Shown: positions 1 through 9,966 of the stretch, piece after piece
Layout of the letters: each line of letters begins with the position of its first letter
How positions within the stretch are numbered: position 1 is the stretch's first letter
Assembly: GCA_000146045.2 (NCBI GenBank)
Contig: BK006943.2
Location: 384,001 to 448,000, forward strand
DNA length: 64,000 bases
Reading direction: 5' to 3'
DNA from: TPA_inf: Saccharomyces
Taxonomy: Eukaryota
Notes under the pieces: model-generated
The model's input: only the letters and a program-made list of their open reading frames with translations
Databases searched by the model: none
What the model was told of the DNA's origin: nothing
Position numbers and translations under genes: made by a program

Positions 1-1
1 T

Positions 2-2149
2 TTAAGAGAATCATCCTTTATAAAACTTACTGAGATCCAAGCCGATTCTATTCCCGTGTCCCTGCAAGGTCATGATGTATTGGCGGCCGCAAAGACAGGT
101 TCCGGTAAGACATTAGCATTTTTAGTTCCAGTAATTGAAAAGCTATACCGCGAAAAATGGACCGAATTCGATGGGTTAGGTGCCCTTATCATATCTCCAA
201 CAAGAGAGTTGGCTATGCAAATATATGAGGTTTTGACGAAAATAGGTAGTCACACTTCATTTTCAGCTGGGTTAGTTATCGGTGGTAAAGATGTTAAATT
301 CGAACTAGAAAGGATATCAAGGATTAACATTCTTATCGGTACACCTGGTCGTATTTTACAACATTTAGATCAAGCCGTAGGTCTAAATACTTCCAATTTG
401 CAGATGCTTGTTCTTGACGAAGCTGATAGATGTTTAGACATGGGGTTTAAAAAAACTCTGGATGCCATCGTAAGCACATTGTCACCATCTAGACAAACAC
501 TTTTATTTTCAGCGACTCAATCACAATCTGTTGCAGACTTGGCTAGGCTTTCCTTGACAGATTATAAAACCGTTGGTACACATGATGTGATGGATGGGTC
601 GGTTAACAAAGAAGCATCTACTCCAGAAACTTTGCAACAATTCTACATTGAAGTTCCTTTGGCAGATAAATTGGATATCCTTTTCAGTTTTATAAAATCA
701 CATTTAAAATGCAAAATGATCGTTTTCTTATCAAGTTCCAAACAAGTGCATTTTGTCTATGAGACATTTAGGAAGATGCAGCCTGGTATTTCTTTAATGC
801 ATTTACACGGTAGACAGAAACAACGTGCTAGGACAGAAACTTTGGACAAATTCAATCGTGCTCAACAGGTGTGTCTTTTTGCTACCGATGTCGTTGCTAG
901 AGGTATTGACTTTCCTGCAGTCGATTGGGTTGTTCAAGTGGATTGTCCAGAGGACGTTGATACATATATCCACAGAGTCGGTAGATGTGCTCGTTACGGT
1001 AAAAAGGGTAAATCTTTAATCATGTTGACTCCACAAGAGCAGGAAGCGTTCCTAAAAAGACTTAACGCTAGAAAGATCGAACCAGGCAAACTTAATATAA
1101 AACAGTCAAAAAAGAAATCCATTAAACCACAATTGCAGTCATTATTATTCAAGGATCCAGAACTAAAATATCTAGGACAAAAGGCTTTTATATCGTACGT
1201 GAGATCTATATATGTGCAAAAGGACAAACAAGTTTTCAAATTCGATGAGTTACCAACAGAAGAATTCGCTTATTCTCTTGGTTTACCAGGGGCCCCAAAA
1301 ATCAAAATGAAGGGTATGAAGACCATTGAGCAGGCCAAAGAAAGAAAGAATGCTCCAAGACAGCTAGCTTTCTTATCAAAAGCAAATGAAGATGGTGAAG
1401 TAATTGAAGATAAGTCGAAACAACCAAGAACAAAATATGATAAAATGTTTGAACGTAAAAATCAAACCATCTTAAGTGAACACTATTTGAATATAACGAA
1501 GGCTCAAGCACAAGAAGACGAGGATGACGATTTCATTTCTGTCAAGCGTAAAGATCATGAAATAAATGAAGCTGAGTTACCAGCTCTAACTCTTCCAACT
1601 TCAAGGCGAGCACAGAAGAAAGCGCTTTCAAAGAAGGCATCTCTGGCCTCCAAGGGTAACGCTAGCAAATTAATATTTGATGATGAAGGCGAAGCCCATC
1701 CAGTTTATGAACTTGAAGATGAAGAAGAATTTCATAAGAGAGGTGATGCGGAGGTACAAAAGACAGAATTTTTAACTAAAGAATCTGCAGTAATGGCAGA
1801 CATTGACAATATTGATAAGCAGGTGGCTAAAGAAAAAAAACAAGAGAAGAAGAGAAAAAGACTAGAAGCCATGAGAAGGGAAATGGAGGCTGCTATGGAA
1901 GAAGAAATTTCTGGAGATGAAGAAGAAGGGAAGACAGTAGCATATTTAGGAACAGGAAACTTGAGCGATGATATGAGCGACGGTGATATGCCTGACTCGG
2001 AAGGCCACTTGAAAAAGAAAGCTAGAACTGTTGACTATTCCCACGGCCACAATCCATCCAATTCAGTTGATGATGACATTATTGAAGTGGAAGAACCACA
2101 AACTTTGGAGGATTTGGAATCTTTGACAGCTAAATTAATCCAGGGTTAA
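2..2149 (+). CDS. HCA4: DEAD-box ATP-dependent RNA helicase Hca4/Dbp4, C-terminal ~715 aa; the N-terminus lies left of the window
   Basis: The frame is open from the window edge. DEAD-box motifs are present: Q-motif FIKLTEIQ, Walker [27 protein letters not shown], followed by a K/E-rich tail. Track ORF 56..2149 begins at GTG, not a real start. Confidence 0.9.
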   Translation, partial: LRESSFIKLTEIQADSIPVSLQGHDVLAAAKTGSGKTLAFLVPVIEKLYREKWTEFDGLGALIISPTRELAMQIYEVLTKIGSHTSFSAGLVIGGKDVKFELERISRINILIGTPGRILQHLDQAVGLNTSNLQMLVLDEADRCLDMGFKKTLDAIVSTLSPSRQTLLFSATQSQSVADLARLSLTDYKTVGTHDVMDGSVNKEASTPETLQQFYIEVPLADKLDILFSFIKSHLKCKMIVFLSSSKQVHFVYETFRKMQPGISLMHLHGRQKQRARTETLDKFNRAQQVCLFATDVVARGIDFPAVDWVVQVDCPEDVDTYIHRVGRCARYGKKGKSLIMLTPQEQEAFLKRLNARKIEPGKLNIKQSKKKSIKPQLQSLLFKDPELKYLGQKAFISYVRSIYVQKDKQVFKFDELPTEEFAYSLGLPGAPKIKMKGMKTIEQAKERKNAPRQLAFLSKANEDGEVIEDKSKQPRTKYDKMFERKNQTILSEHYLNITKAQAQEDEDDDFISVKRKDHEINEAELPALTLPTSRRAQKKALSKKASLASKGNASKLIFDDEGEAHPVYELEDEEEFHKRGDAEVQKTEFLTKESAVMADIDNIDKQVAKEKKQEKKRKRLEAMRREMEAAMEEEISGDEEEGKTVAYLGTGNLSDDMSDGDMPDSEGHLKKKARTVDYSHGHNPSNSVDDDIIEVEEPQTLEDLESLTAKLIQG

Positions 2150-2367
2150 ACCCTCCTGCATAGTCTAACCTATAGTATTTAGAACTTGTATACATCTATT
2201 CTCTACACTAATATACTTATTTCTTTGTTCAAATCATCGGTAATATTACAATAAAAGAAAAATATGCATATACTTTCGTGCATTGAAGGTGTCAAATGAA
2301 ATCCCGCTTATAGTGAACAGGCTTCCATCATATATACATATATATATATGTTTATATATGTATATCA

Positions 2368-3438
2368 TCACTTATGCTGCTCCAGGAGATGTAGGTATCT
2401 ATTCTTTCTTAACGGATCCGCATCTATTAATTGGACCAAATATTGTTCCGAGCTTCTTTCCGTTAGAGCTTCCTTTTCTTCCAGAATATCTTCGAGAACT
2501 AATAAAATTTTCAAGCACCAAATATTTTGCTTCCCGGAAAATTCAATTTCGTCATTATTTATTAACAGAATGTTTTCTCTCAAGTCTTTCAACATTTTAA
2601 GGTACTCTTGTTCGTCCAGAGTTTTACAAACAATGTCGTTTTTAATGAACCACTTGATATAAAACCATACGGATTGGTCTTCGGCGTCGGTAAACATAGC
2701 GTTGATGATATAAGATATTTCAGTCCGAATATACTCCTTTTGATTCCCAACCTCTCCTTTCTGAAACATTCTGCTTATGATCTGTACTCTTTGGTGCCAT
2801 GCAGAATAATTTGAAATGTTATTGTTAATCTTTATTGTTGTGTATTCAAACTCCTCCTTGTCAAGACTTTTATTAGTGATACTCTCTATGTTACCAACAA
2901 CTATTCTGCGGTAATGCCATCCGTGGTAATTTCTTGCATCTTGTTCCAATAACTTATTCACGACAGCAAGTTCAGTTTGCCACACTTTAGGGGAACTCGT
3001 AGGATAATGTTTCAAGACCCAAAGTCTGTGATTCCATATCCAATAGACTTTGGGGTAATCCTTCAATAGCATCATTACAAAAACTAACTCTTTATCCCAG
3101 AAAGGTATTTCCAACTCAGAAGCCAAACTCGCTATAATATCCCTTCTGTAATTCCAAATAGCATTAAATTCCGGATTTTTCTCAAGAAGTTCTGATGTTT
3201 TCTTCAGAGCTTCAATTGAGTAAATTTTTTCATCTCTCATATTCAAAACATTTTCAGTCAAGCTTCTATAATCATATATTTTCTTTTCGTCTTGAACTCT
3301 CTTTTGTCTCAGTAATTCCTTGGTCCACTGTTTCCTTTTAATGCCATGCTGTTTAATGTGGCAAATATAAAAAATTGCTTGGTAGTCAGTAAAAAAAAGA
3401 ATTCATAATGTAACGAACATTTGAAGTGCACATACCAT
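2368..3438 (-). CDS. BET4: Rab geranylgeranyltransferase alpha subunit; two exons: 3436..3438 (ATG only) and 2368..3348; 327 aa
   Basis: The track ORF starts MTENVLNM, but the frame continues upstream without a stop, giving HGIKRKQWTKELLRQKRVQDEKKIYDYRSL. There is no in-frame ATG before that stretch. The minus strand reads ATG|GTATGT at 3438..3430 and the acceptor aaacag ends at 3349. Joining them gives MHGIKRKQW..., which matches my memory of Bet4. Confidence 0.8.
3349..3435 (-). other. BET4: BET4 intron (87 nt), GTATGT donor, CAG acceptor, branch-like TACTGAC
   Basis: Minus strand reads ATG-GTATGTgcacttcaaatg...ttttttttactgactaccaag...ttaaacag-CATGGCATT. Confidence 0.7.
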
Positions 3439-3656
3439 TGCTGACCTACTGCTTTATAGTATAAATTCAGTATACTAGGTATATGTGGCTCAAAAATGTG
3501 GTTTTTTTCTTTTTTGCCTTTAATTTTTTTCAAATGTTTACGTATGGTTTATGATTTAACATTTCAAGAATAGAAATCGCCCCGAAGAATGATTGATGTT
3601 AAATACTCGTACAAGAGTATTGAAAACCACTTCAAAGGGGCCCAATAGCACATTTA

Positions 3657-4247
3657 ATGTCACAATCAATATCACTAAAGGGTTCAACAAGGACAGTTAC
3701 AGAATTTTTCGAGTACAGCATTAATTCCATTTTGTACCAAAGAGGCGTATACCCAGCAGAAGATTTCGTAACGGTGAAAAAGTACGATCTTACGTTACTA
3801 AAGACACATGATGATGAACTGAAAGATTACATTCGGAAAATTCTTCTACAAGTTCACAGGTGGCTTCTTGGTGGAAAATGCAATCAATTAGTATTATGTA
3901 TTGTAGACAAGGATGAGGGAGAGGTGGTGGAAAGATGGTCCTTCAATGTGCAACACATTTCTGGCAATAGCAACGGGCAGGATGATGTTGTAGATTTAAA
4001 TACAACACAATCACAAATCAGAGCTTTAATCAGGCAAATCACCTCAAGCGTTACCTTTCTGCCCGAACTAACAAAAGAAGGTGGGTACACATTCACAGTA
4101 CTTGCATATACAGACGCGGATGCTAAAGTTCCGTTAGAATGGGCCGACTCCAATAGTAAAGAGATACCTGATGGTGAAGTAGTTCAATTCAAAACATTCT
4201 CTACCAACGATCATAAAGTTGGTGCGCAGGTCAGCTATAAATATTAA
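3657..4247 (+). CDS. MAD2: Spindle assembly checkpoint HORMA-domain protein Mad2 (196 aa)
   Basis: ATG at 3657. The sequence MSQSISLKGSTRTVTEFFEYSINSILYQRGVYPAEDF matches Mad2. Confidence 0.92.
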   Translation: MSQSISLKGSTRTVTEFFEYSINSILYQRGVYPAEDFVTVKKYDLTLLKTHDDELKDYIRKILLQVHRWLLGGKCNQLVLCIVDKDEGEVVERWSFNVQHISGNSNGQDDVVDLNTTQSQIRALIRQITSSVTFLPELTKEGGYTFTVLAYTDADAKVPLEWADSNSKEIPDGEVVQFKTFSTNDHKVGAQVSYKY

Positions 4248-4384
4248 TAGAATTCAAGTCAAAAAAAAAAAAAAAGACGGAAGTCCAAAAAAATCTCGTT
4301 TTCGATGTTTAGAAAGAATATAGATTTATGAACTATATTATACTATACTACGTACTTCCTCTGTAAACCACTTCATGCGTTTTT

Positions 4385-6853
4385 TCAAGTGCCTCTGTTA
4401 AAGAACCTTGAGTGAGAAACGAAGTCTTTGACACTCAAACTTTGCTTTTTTTGTTCTTCTTTTTGTTGTTGTATTTGAGGGGTGGATACTATCCTCTTCA
4501 TAACAGGTGGTGATATTTTCAGATCTTGCCTCACAAATTTTGACCAATTCGGATCTTGCATCCTTGCCAAGTTGTTTTCAAATTGACCCAAAAGTACCTT
4601 GTCCCACTTGAATATGAAAAGATCGCGATTACTGTCTGGCCTGCTGCCCTCGTCAGTGTCGTCTGTTTCTAAGTTGTAGGCACTCCATAGCTTTTTCCAT
4701 AATGCCAGGTCCCATGGAATGCCCTTTAAAGCGAGGACAAAAGACCATACCGCTGAATCAGGGTTATTATTGGTCAATTTGGAGTAGGTCTCGTAATAGT
4801 CATCAGCGGAATCCAGAGGAGCCATTAGAAGTTTAATAAACTTCAGCAGCTGGTCTATATTATTGTCTGCATGTCTTTTCACCCTCTTATAAGAGGTATT
4901 TTCTCGCAAGTCAGAATCGTTACTTACACTTTCTGGTAAAGTGTGAAAAATCTCCTTCAGCAATTCTAAATCAAGGAGAAGCTGCTCGCCAATGTTGACA
5001 ACAGTTCTGGTTTCAAATTTCCTTTTGCTGCCCGCCAGGGAAAAGGGTGGAACGGGCTGCAGAAGGCGGATGGTATTGCTTACAAAATTTGTAGTGATGA
5101 TATCAATCACCTTATCCAAGAAATTCCACTTATAAACATCTCTATTGAATTGCGACAAAATAAATGCCAAAGTCGAAGGTTGCTCTTGCTGTTGTTTAAT
5201 AGAGGCATCTGTTAATGCGGGCATTTTAAGTACGGATTTGAGGGTTACCATGTACCTGCTATAATCTTCTATCGCAGCATTTGACCAATCATTGTTGATA
5301 AACTCTCTCCATACAAAATTTAGATCTAAGGGTATGACACGGTTTAATAGAAAAGAAGTTCCTTTTGCTAGTAAATCGTCGTATATATTTTTCGTTTTCG
5401 TAAAACTGTTTGCCAGCTTTTCACGATTACCGCTGAATTCAGATAATTTATCCTCCAATTGATCTATAGTCGTGGCACAATAATCTGCAGTATTGATCAA
5501 TAAAACGGTATACTTGGCAGCTTCTAGCTTATCCTGGACTTCAATATTGTCGGGCAGCAGTAAAGGAAGAAGAATTTTTTGTGAGTAAGTTTGAAGCCAT
5601 CTACTGAAAAAATTTGCCAATGAAGTCAATATGCTATCATTGGCATTATTATCAATGAGCTCTAAGGTCTGAGTCAGTACGGAACGATATGTCCTGAAAA
5701 GGTCTGCACTCGAGGGTAACACGAGAGATTCTGTTTCATTAGATGGGTACTTCGGCTCACTCATATAAGAAAGAAATTTCTTTTCCATCATTTGGTTTTG
5801 GTGAGACACCCATAAAGTCAAATAAGGTTCGAAGCAGGAACTTAGTTTTGGTTCCTTAATTTTTTTTGAAAATCGTACGTCGATGTATTTTTCGAAATCT
5901 AGCGTCGATTGTAATGCTGTCATGAATAGATCAATGGAAGGGTTCTTGTCTTTGAATTCCCTTTTCAGAAGTGTCTGAAGGTCCTTGTGTGTAATGTGAT
6001 AAAAAGTGGTGGTCAATCTGACTGCCATTTCCCAGTCTTTTAAGAAATAGTCTGCGAACTTTGAATTGAAGTTATTAAGAATTTTTTTGAAGTAAATGTA
6101 TCTTCTCGATAAATTTTCTAGGGATCCGGCTTCATCGTCGACCCTAAATATCTCTTTCATTTCGAAGAGAAGTTTGTCCAAACACCAATCTATCATCTGG
6201 GCTCTCGTACTTGTATCGCAGTCGAGTAGCTCGCAGGCACCTTCGCGCAATTCCATAGTGAGTGCTGTATCATGCTCTGAGATATTGCCGCCGGAAAAGA
6301 GCGCATTGTAGTTTTGTTTAATTTTGGACAAAGTGTCTCCTTTCAGTCTTGAAATGGAGCTCAACAAATAGTTTATCTCGTCCAATGATTTGTAAGAGAT
6401 GAATGTGTTTTCAGCAAGCGAACACATTATCTTATAAGGGGACACCATTTTTTTGAATGAGCCCTGTGAGAGTAATTCATTGCATTGTATGTAACTGTCT
6501 GTCAATATCTTTAAATTTTGGAAAAGAGTCAAAGAGTGGGTGAGGTTTTTCTTGGCAATGTCCAGGTACGAGATACCTTCTGTCAGATTCGATATCGTCA
6601 ACTCGGTGGAGGCTGAGACATCTTGAGTTTCTTTGAAATCTTGGAAAACTTTCCTCAGAGAAGCCTCTATTTCAGCGGAATTTTTAGGGTGTTCCTTCAA
6701 TTCATTCTCTTCTTTGAGAATATCCTCTTGCAATTGCTTTTTGTAGCTTCTGGTAATACTGATCAGTTCATCTATGTTGTTCAGGGATTCTTTTGAAAAA
6801 AGTATATTGGTAATATCTTCCAGCGGGTCATAATCTACCGTACCTTCCAGCAT
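4385..6853 (-). CDS. VPS53: GARP complex subunit Vps53 (822 aa)
   Basis: 822-aa ORF beginning MLEGTVDYDPLEDITNILFSKESLNNIDELI. Start is cat at 6851-6853. Confidence 0.88.
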   Translation of the reverse strand: MLEGTVDYDPLEDITNILFSKESLNNIDELISITRSYKKQLQEDILKEENELKEHPKNSAEIEASLRKVFQDFKETQDVSASTELTISNLTEGISYLDIAKKNLTHSLTLFQNLKILTDSYIQCNELLSQGSFKKMVSPYKIMCSLAENTFISYKSLDEINYLLSSISRLKGDTLSKIKQNYNALFSGGNISEHDTALTMELREGACELLDCDTSTRAQMIDWCLDKLLFEMKEIFRVDDEAGSLENLSRRYIYFKKILNNFNSKFADYFLKDWEMAVRLTTTFYHITHKDLQTLLKREFKDKNPSIDLFMTALQSTLDFEKYIDVRFSKKIKEPKLSSCFEPYLTLWVSHQNQMMEKKFLSYMSEPKYPSNETESLVLPSSADLFRTYRSVLTQTLELIDNNANDSILTSLANFFSRWLQTYSQKILLPLLLPDNIEVQDKLEAAKYTVLLINTADYCATTIDQLEDKLSEFSGNREKLANSFTKTKNIYDDLLAKGTSFLLNRVIPLDLNFVWREFINNDWSNAAIEDYSRYMVTLKSVLKMPALTDASIKQQQEQPSTLAFILSQFNRDVYKWNFLDKVIDIITTNFVSNTIRLLQPVPPFSLAGSKRKFETRTVVNIGEQLLLDLELLKEIFHTLPESVSNDSDLRENTSYKRVKRHADNNIDQLLKFIKLLMAPLDSADDYYETYSKLTNNNPDSAVWSFVLALKGIPWDLALWKKLWSAYNLETDDTDEGSRPDSNRDLFIFKWDKVLLGQFENNLARMQDPNWSKFVRQDLKISPPVMKRIVSTPQIQQQKEEQKKQSLSVKDFVSHSRFFNRGT

Positions 6854-7041
6854 TGTCCTTCTGAGAAAACAAAAATGGAAGATGTTGTGAAAATGCAGTA
6901 AGTGACAATAAGCTAGCGACTTTTCAATGATCGCAGATTAAGTATATATACACTTTAGGTCTCCTTCTCTTCTTTACTAGCTACGAAAAAACAAAGAAAA
7001 AAAAAACAAAATAGAGGGAAAAAAGATATACGTATAAAAAT

Positions 7042-7114
7042 ATGCTCCAGGGGAGGTTCGAACTCTCGACCTTCAGATTATGAGACTGACGCTCTTCCTA
7101 CTGAGCTACTGAAG
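7042..7114 (-). tRNA. tM(CAU): tRNA-Met (CAU) elongator, 73 nt
   Basis: Reverse complement is GCTTCAGTAGCTCAGTAGGAAGAGCGTCAGTCTCATAATCTGAAGGTCGAGAGTTCGAACCTCCCCTGGAGCA. The anticodon loop is CTCATAA and a T-run lies downstream. It is identical to the copy at 38937..39009. Confidence 0.93.
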
Positions 7115-7310
7115 CACTATTTCTTGTTCCAACCGAGGAATAATACTAGACCTGTAGAAAAGTACCGCTTATCTAATATCCAACTTTTTCTTCTGTTCCC
7201 TTTAGTGAATTCAAGATGAAGGAACATAACAGAACGGAAAACAAAAAAAAAGGGAAGAAAAAAGATATCACCACCAATTGGCACGCTCGCAACGGTTTCG
7301 GGCCAGATTC

Positions 7311-7646
7311 ATGGCCCTGTGGGGTAGAAGTGCCTACAGACAAAAAACCGTTACGTCCCGCCTCACCAAGCATCGACACACAAGCCCTCTCAACCTCCTT
7401 AATTTCTTTATCTTTTTTTCCCTTCACCTCTGTGCTCTTTTTTTAGCCACAGCTGTGCATTACGCTTGCTTTGCTTGTTTTGTTCTCTTTCGCCATGCCA
7501 TATTACTACTTTTCTACTTACTGGCACGAGGCCGCGCAAGCCAGATCCAAGCACGCCAGAAAGTGCGGTGTACTGGTGCAACCTTTTATCGATTTCTCAT
7601 CATATCGCTATCGCAACGGGCATGGGCGACGAAAAAGCCAATCTAA
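7311..7646 (+). CDS. YJL028W: Small ORF of unknown function, 111 aa from the internal ATG; recalled as YJL028W
   Basis: Track ORF 7278..7646 with an internal ATG at 7311. It has low complexity, lies in the RNR2 upstream region and has no recognisable domain. Coding status is uncertain. Confidence 0.25.
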   Translation: MALWGRSAYRQKTVTSRLTKHRHTSPLNLLNFFIFFSLHLCALFLATAVHYACFACFVLFRHAILLLFYLLARGRASQIQARQKVRCTGATFYRFLIISLSQRAWATKKPI

Positions 7647-7832
7647 AGCGTTGTCTTCCTCGTTCCTCGCGCACGCGATTTTGCGTTCTGCATAGGAAGC
7701 CGAAGTCGAACAAGAAGCAGGCAAAGTTTAGAGCACTGCCCCTCCGCACTCAAAAAAGAAAAAACTAGGAGGAAAATAAAATTCTCAACCACACAAACAC
7801 ATAAACACATACAAATACAAATACAAGCTTAT

Positions 7833-8249
7833 TTACTTGACATCGCGCGATCTTCCACTATTCAGCGCCGTCCGCCCTCTCTCGTGTTTTTTGTTTACGC
7901 GACAACTATGCGAAATCCGGAGCAACGGGCAACCGTTTGGGGAAAGACCACACCCACGCGCGATCGCCATGGCAACGAGGTCGCACACGCCCCACACCCA
8001 GACCTCCCTGCGAGCGGGCATGGGTACAATGTCCCCGTTGCCACAGAGACCACTTCGTAGCACAGCGCAGAGCGTAGCGTGTTGTTGCTGCTGACAAAAG
8101 AAAATTTTTCTTAGCAAAGCAAAGGAGGGGAAGCACGGGCAGATAGCACCGTACCATACCCTTGGAAACTCGAAATGAACGAAGCAGGAAATGAGAGAAT
8201 GAGAGTTTTGTAGGTATATATAGCGGTAGTGTTTGCGCGTTACCATCAT
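7833..8249 (-). CDS. YJL027C: Small ORF of unknown function (138 aa); recalled as YJL027C
   Basis: 138-aa ORF overlapping the RNR2 regulatory region. It is Cys/Arg-rich with no domain signature. Confidence 0.25.
   Translation of the reverse strand: MMVTRKHYRYIYLQNSHSLISCFVHFEFPRVWYGAICPCFPSFALLRKIFFCQQQQHATLCAVLRSGLCGNGDIVPMPARREVWVWGVCDLVAMAIARGCGLSPNGCPLLRISHSCRVNKKHERGRTALNSGRSRDVK
7964..7976. promoter_or_regulatory. X-box TCGCCATGGCAAC, a Crt1/Rfx1 repressor site, in the RNR2 upstream region
   Basis: Exact palindromic RFX-type X-box about 430 bp upstream of the RNR2 ATG. Additional GCAAC half-sites lie near 7288, 7613 and 7927. Confidence 0.7.
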
Positions 8250-8403
8250 CTTCTGGATCTATCTATTGTTCTTTTCCTCATCACTTTCCCCTTTTTCGCT
8301 CTTCTTCTTGTCTTTTATTTCTTTCTTTTTTTTAATTGTTCCCTCGATTGGCTATCTACCAAAGAATCCAAACTTAATACACGTATTTATTTGTCCAATT
8401 ACC

Positions 8404-9603
8404 ATGCCTAAAGAGACCCCTTCCAAAGCTGCTGCCGATGCATTGTCCGACTTGGAAATCAAAGATTCCAAGTCCAACCTTAACAAGGAATTGGAGACAT
8501 TGAGAGAGGAAAACAGAGTAAAGTCAGACATGCTTAAGGAGAAATTGAGCAAGGACGCTGAAAATCACAAGGCTTACTTGAAATCTCATCAAGTTCACCG
8601 TCACAAACTTAAGGAAATGGAAAAGGAGGAACCTTTGTTGAATGAAGACAAGGAGAGAACTGTTCTTTTCCCTATCAAGTACCATGAAATCTGGCAAGCC
8701 TACAAGCGTGCCGAAGCTTCTTTCTGGACCGCTGAAGAAATTGATTTGTCTAAGGATATCCATGACTGGAACAACAGAATGAACGAAAACGAGAGATTTT
8801 TCATTTCCAGAGTTCTTGCCTTTTTCGCCGCTTCTGACGGTATTGTTAATGAAAACTTGGTTGAAAACTTCTCCACCGAAGTCCAAATTCCAGAGGCAAA
8901 GAGTTTCTACGGTTTCCAAATCATGATTGAAAATATTCACTCTGAAACTTACTCCTTGTTGATCGATACTTACATCAAGGACCCTAAAGAAAGTGAATTC
9001 TTGTTCAATGCCATTCACACCATCCCAGAAATCGGTGAGAAGGCCGAATGGGCTTTAAGATGGATTCAAGACGCTGACGCCTTGTTTGGTGAAAGACTAG
9101 TTGCCTTTGCCTCCATTGAAGGTGTCTTTTTCTCCGGTTCCTTTGCCTCCATTTTCTGGTTGAAAAAGAGAGGTATGATGCCCGGTTTAACCTTTTCCAA
9201 CGAATTGATCTGTAGAGACGAAGGTTTGCACACCGACTTTGCATGCTTGTTGTTCGCCCATTTGAAGAACAAACCAGACCCAGCCATTGTTGAAAAAATT
9301 GTCACCGAGGCTGTGGAAATTGAACAAAGATACTTCTTGGACGCCTTACCAGTTGCTTTGCTAGGTATGAACGCTGACTTAATGAACCAATACGTTGAGT
9401 TCGTCGCCGACAGACTGTTGGTTGCTTTCGGTAACAAGAAATACTACAAGGTCGAAAACCCCTTCGATTTCATGGAAAACATCTCCTTGGCCGGTAAGAC
9501 CAACTTCTTCGAAAAGAGAGTTTCTGACTACCAAAAGGCTGGTGTTATGTCCAAGTCGACTAAGCAAGAAGCCGGTGCTTTCACCTTCAACGAAGACTTT
9601 TAA
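8404..9603 (+). CDS. RNR2: Ribonucleotide reductase small subunit R2 (399 aa)
   Basis: ATG at 8404, [25 protein letters not shown]... The ferritin-like di-iron fold is recognisable, the sequence includes SGSFASIFW, and it ends FTFNEDF. The track ORF is extended upstream to a TTG at 8233. Confidence 0.95.
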   Translation: MPKETPSKAAADALSDLEIKDSKSNLNKELETLREENRVKSDMLKEKLSKDAENHKAYLKSHQVHRHKLKEMEKEEPLLNEDKERTVLFPIKYHEIWQAYKRAEASFWTAEEIDLSKDIHDWNNRMNENERFFISRVLAFFAASDGIVNENLVENFSTEVQIPEAKSFYGFQIMIENIHSETYSLLIDTYIKDPKESEFLFNAIHTIPEIGEKAEWALRWIQDADALFGERLVAFASIEGVFFSGSFASIFWLKKRGMMPGLTFSNELICRDEGLHTDFACLLFAHLKNKPDPAIVEKIVTEAVEIEQRYFLDALPVALLGMNADLMNQYVEFVADRLLVAFGNKKYYKVENPFDFMENISLAGKTNFFEKRVSDYQKAGVMSKSTKQEAGAFTFNEDF

Positions 9604-9966
9604 GAGTATCTCTCTATATATTTCTTTTTACGCAGTCTCTTCAATCTCTTTATGTGGGCTTTCGCACCTCTTATTTATATATATATATATACACTGAATC
9701 ATATAAACTTTTTTTTATATTGAATCTAATATATTATCAAACGGAAACTTCGGCTGAATTTCATACGTATATTGATTAAAGTGGAAAGGGCATCGGAAAA
9801 GTAAGAAAAGCTTAAAAAAATTGAAAAAAAAAAAAAAAAAAATAAAAAATAAAAAATAAAAAAACCTATACAATACATACATATGTATATGAATATAAAC
9901 CTGGAACGATGTGTCTTTAAAAATAGTTGAACGAACTACTCGGACATACCCCTACATCACTTAAGG

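Noticed and set aside
2283-2814. Three + strand ORFs (105, 104, 68 aa) inside BET4
   Set aside because: Antisense to a well-supported gene. AT-rich, low-complexity translations.
7173-7446. Overlapping small ORFs 7173..7427(-) and 7216..7446(+) next to tM(CAU)
   Set aside because: Short, low complexity, mutually overlapping, and in a regulatory/tRNA region. No coding signature.
7610-7631. Second X-box candidate atcgcaacgggcatgggcgac
   Set aside because: It does not fit the RFX palindrome (GTNRCC-N-RGYAAC) well. It contains only GCAAC half-site-like elements.
8233-8403. N-terminal extension of the RNR2 track ORF ([10 protein letters not shown]...)
   Set aside because: It starts at a TTG translated as M by the track. 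The true conserved RNR2 start is the ATG at 8404 (MPKETPSK).
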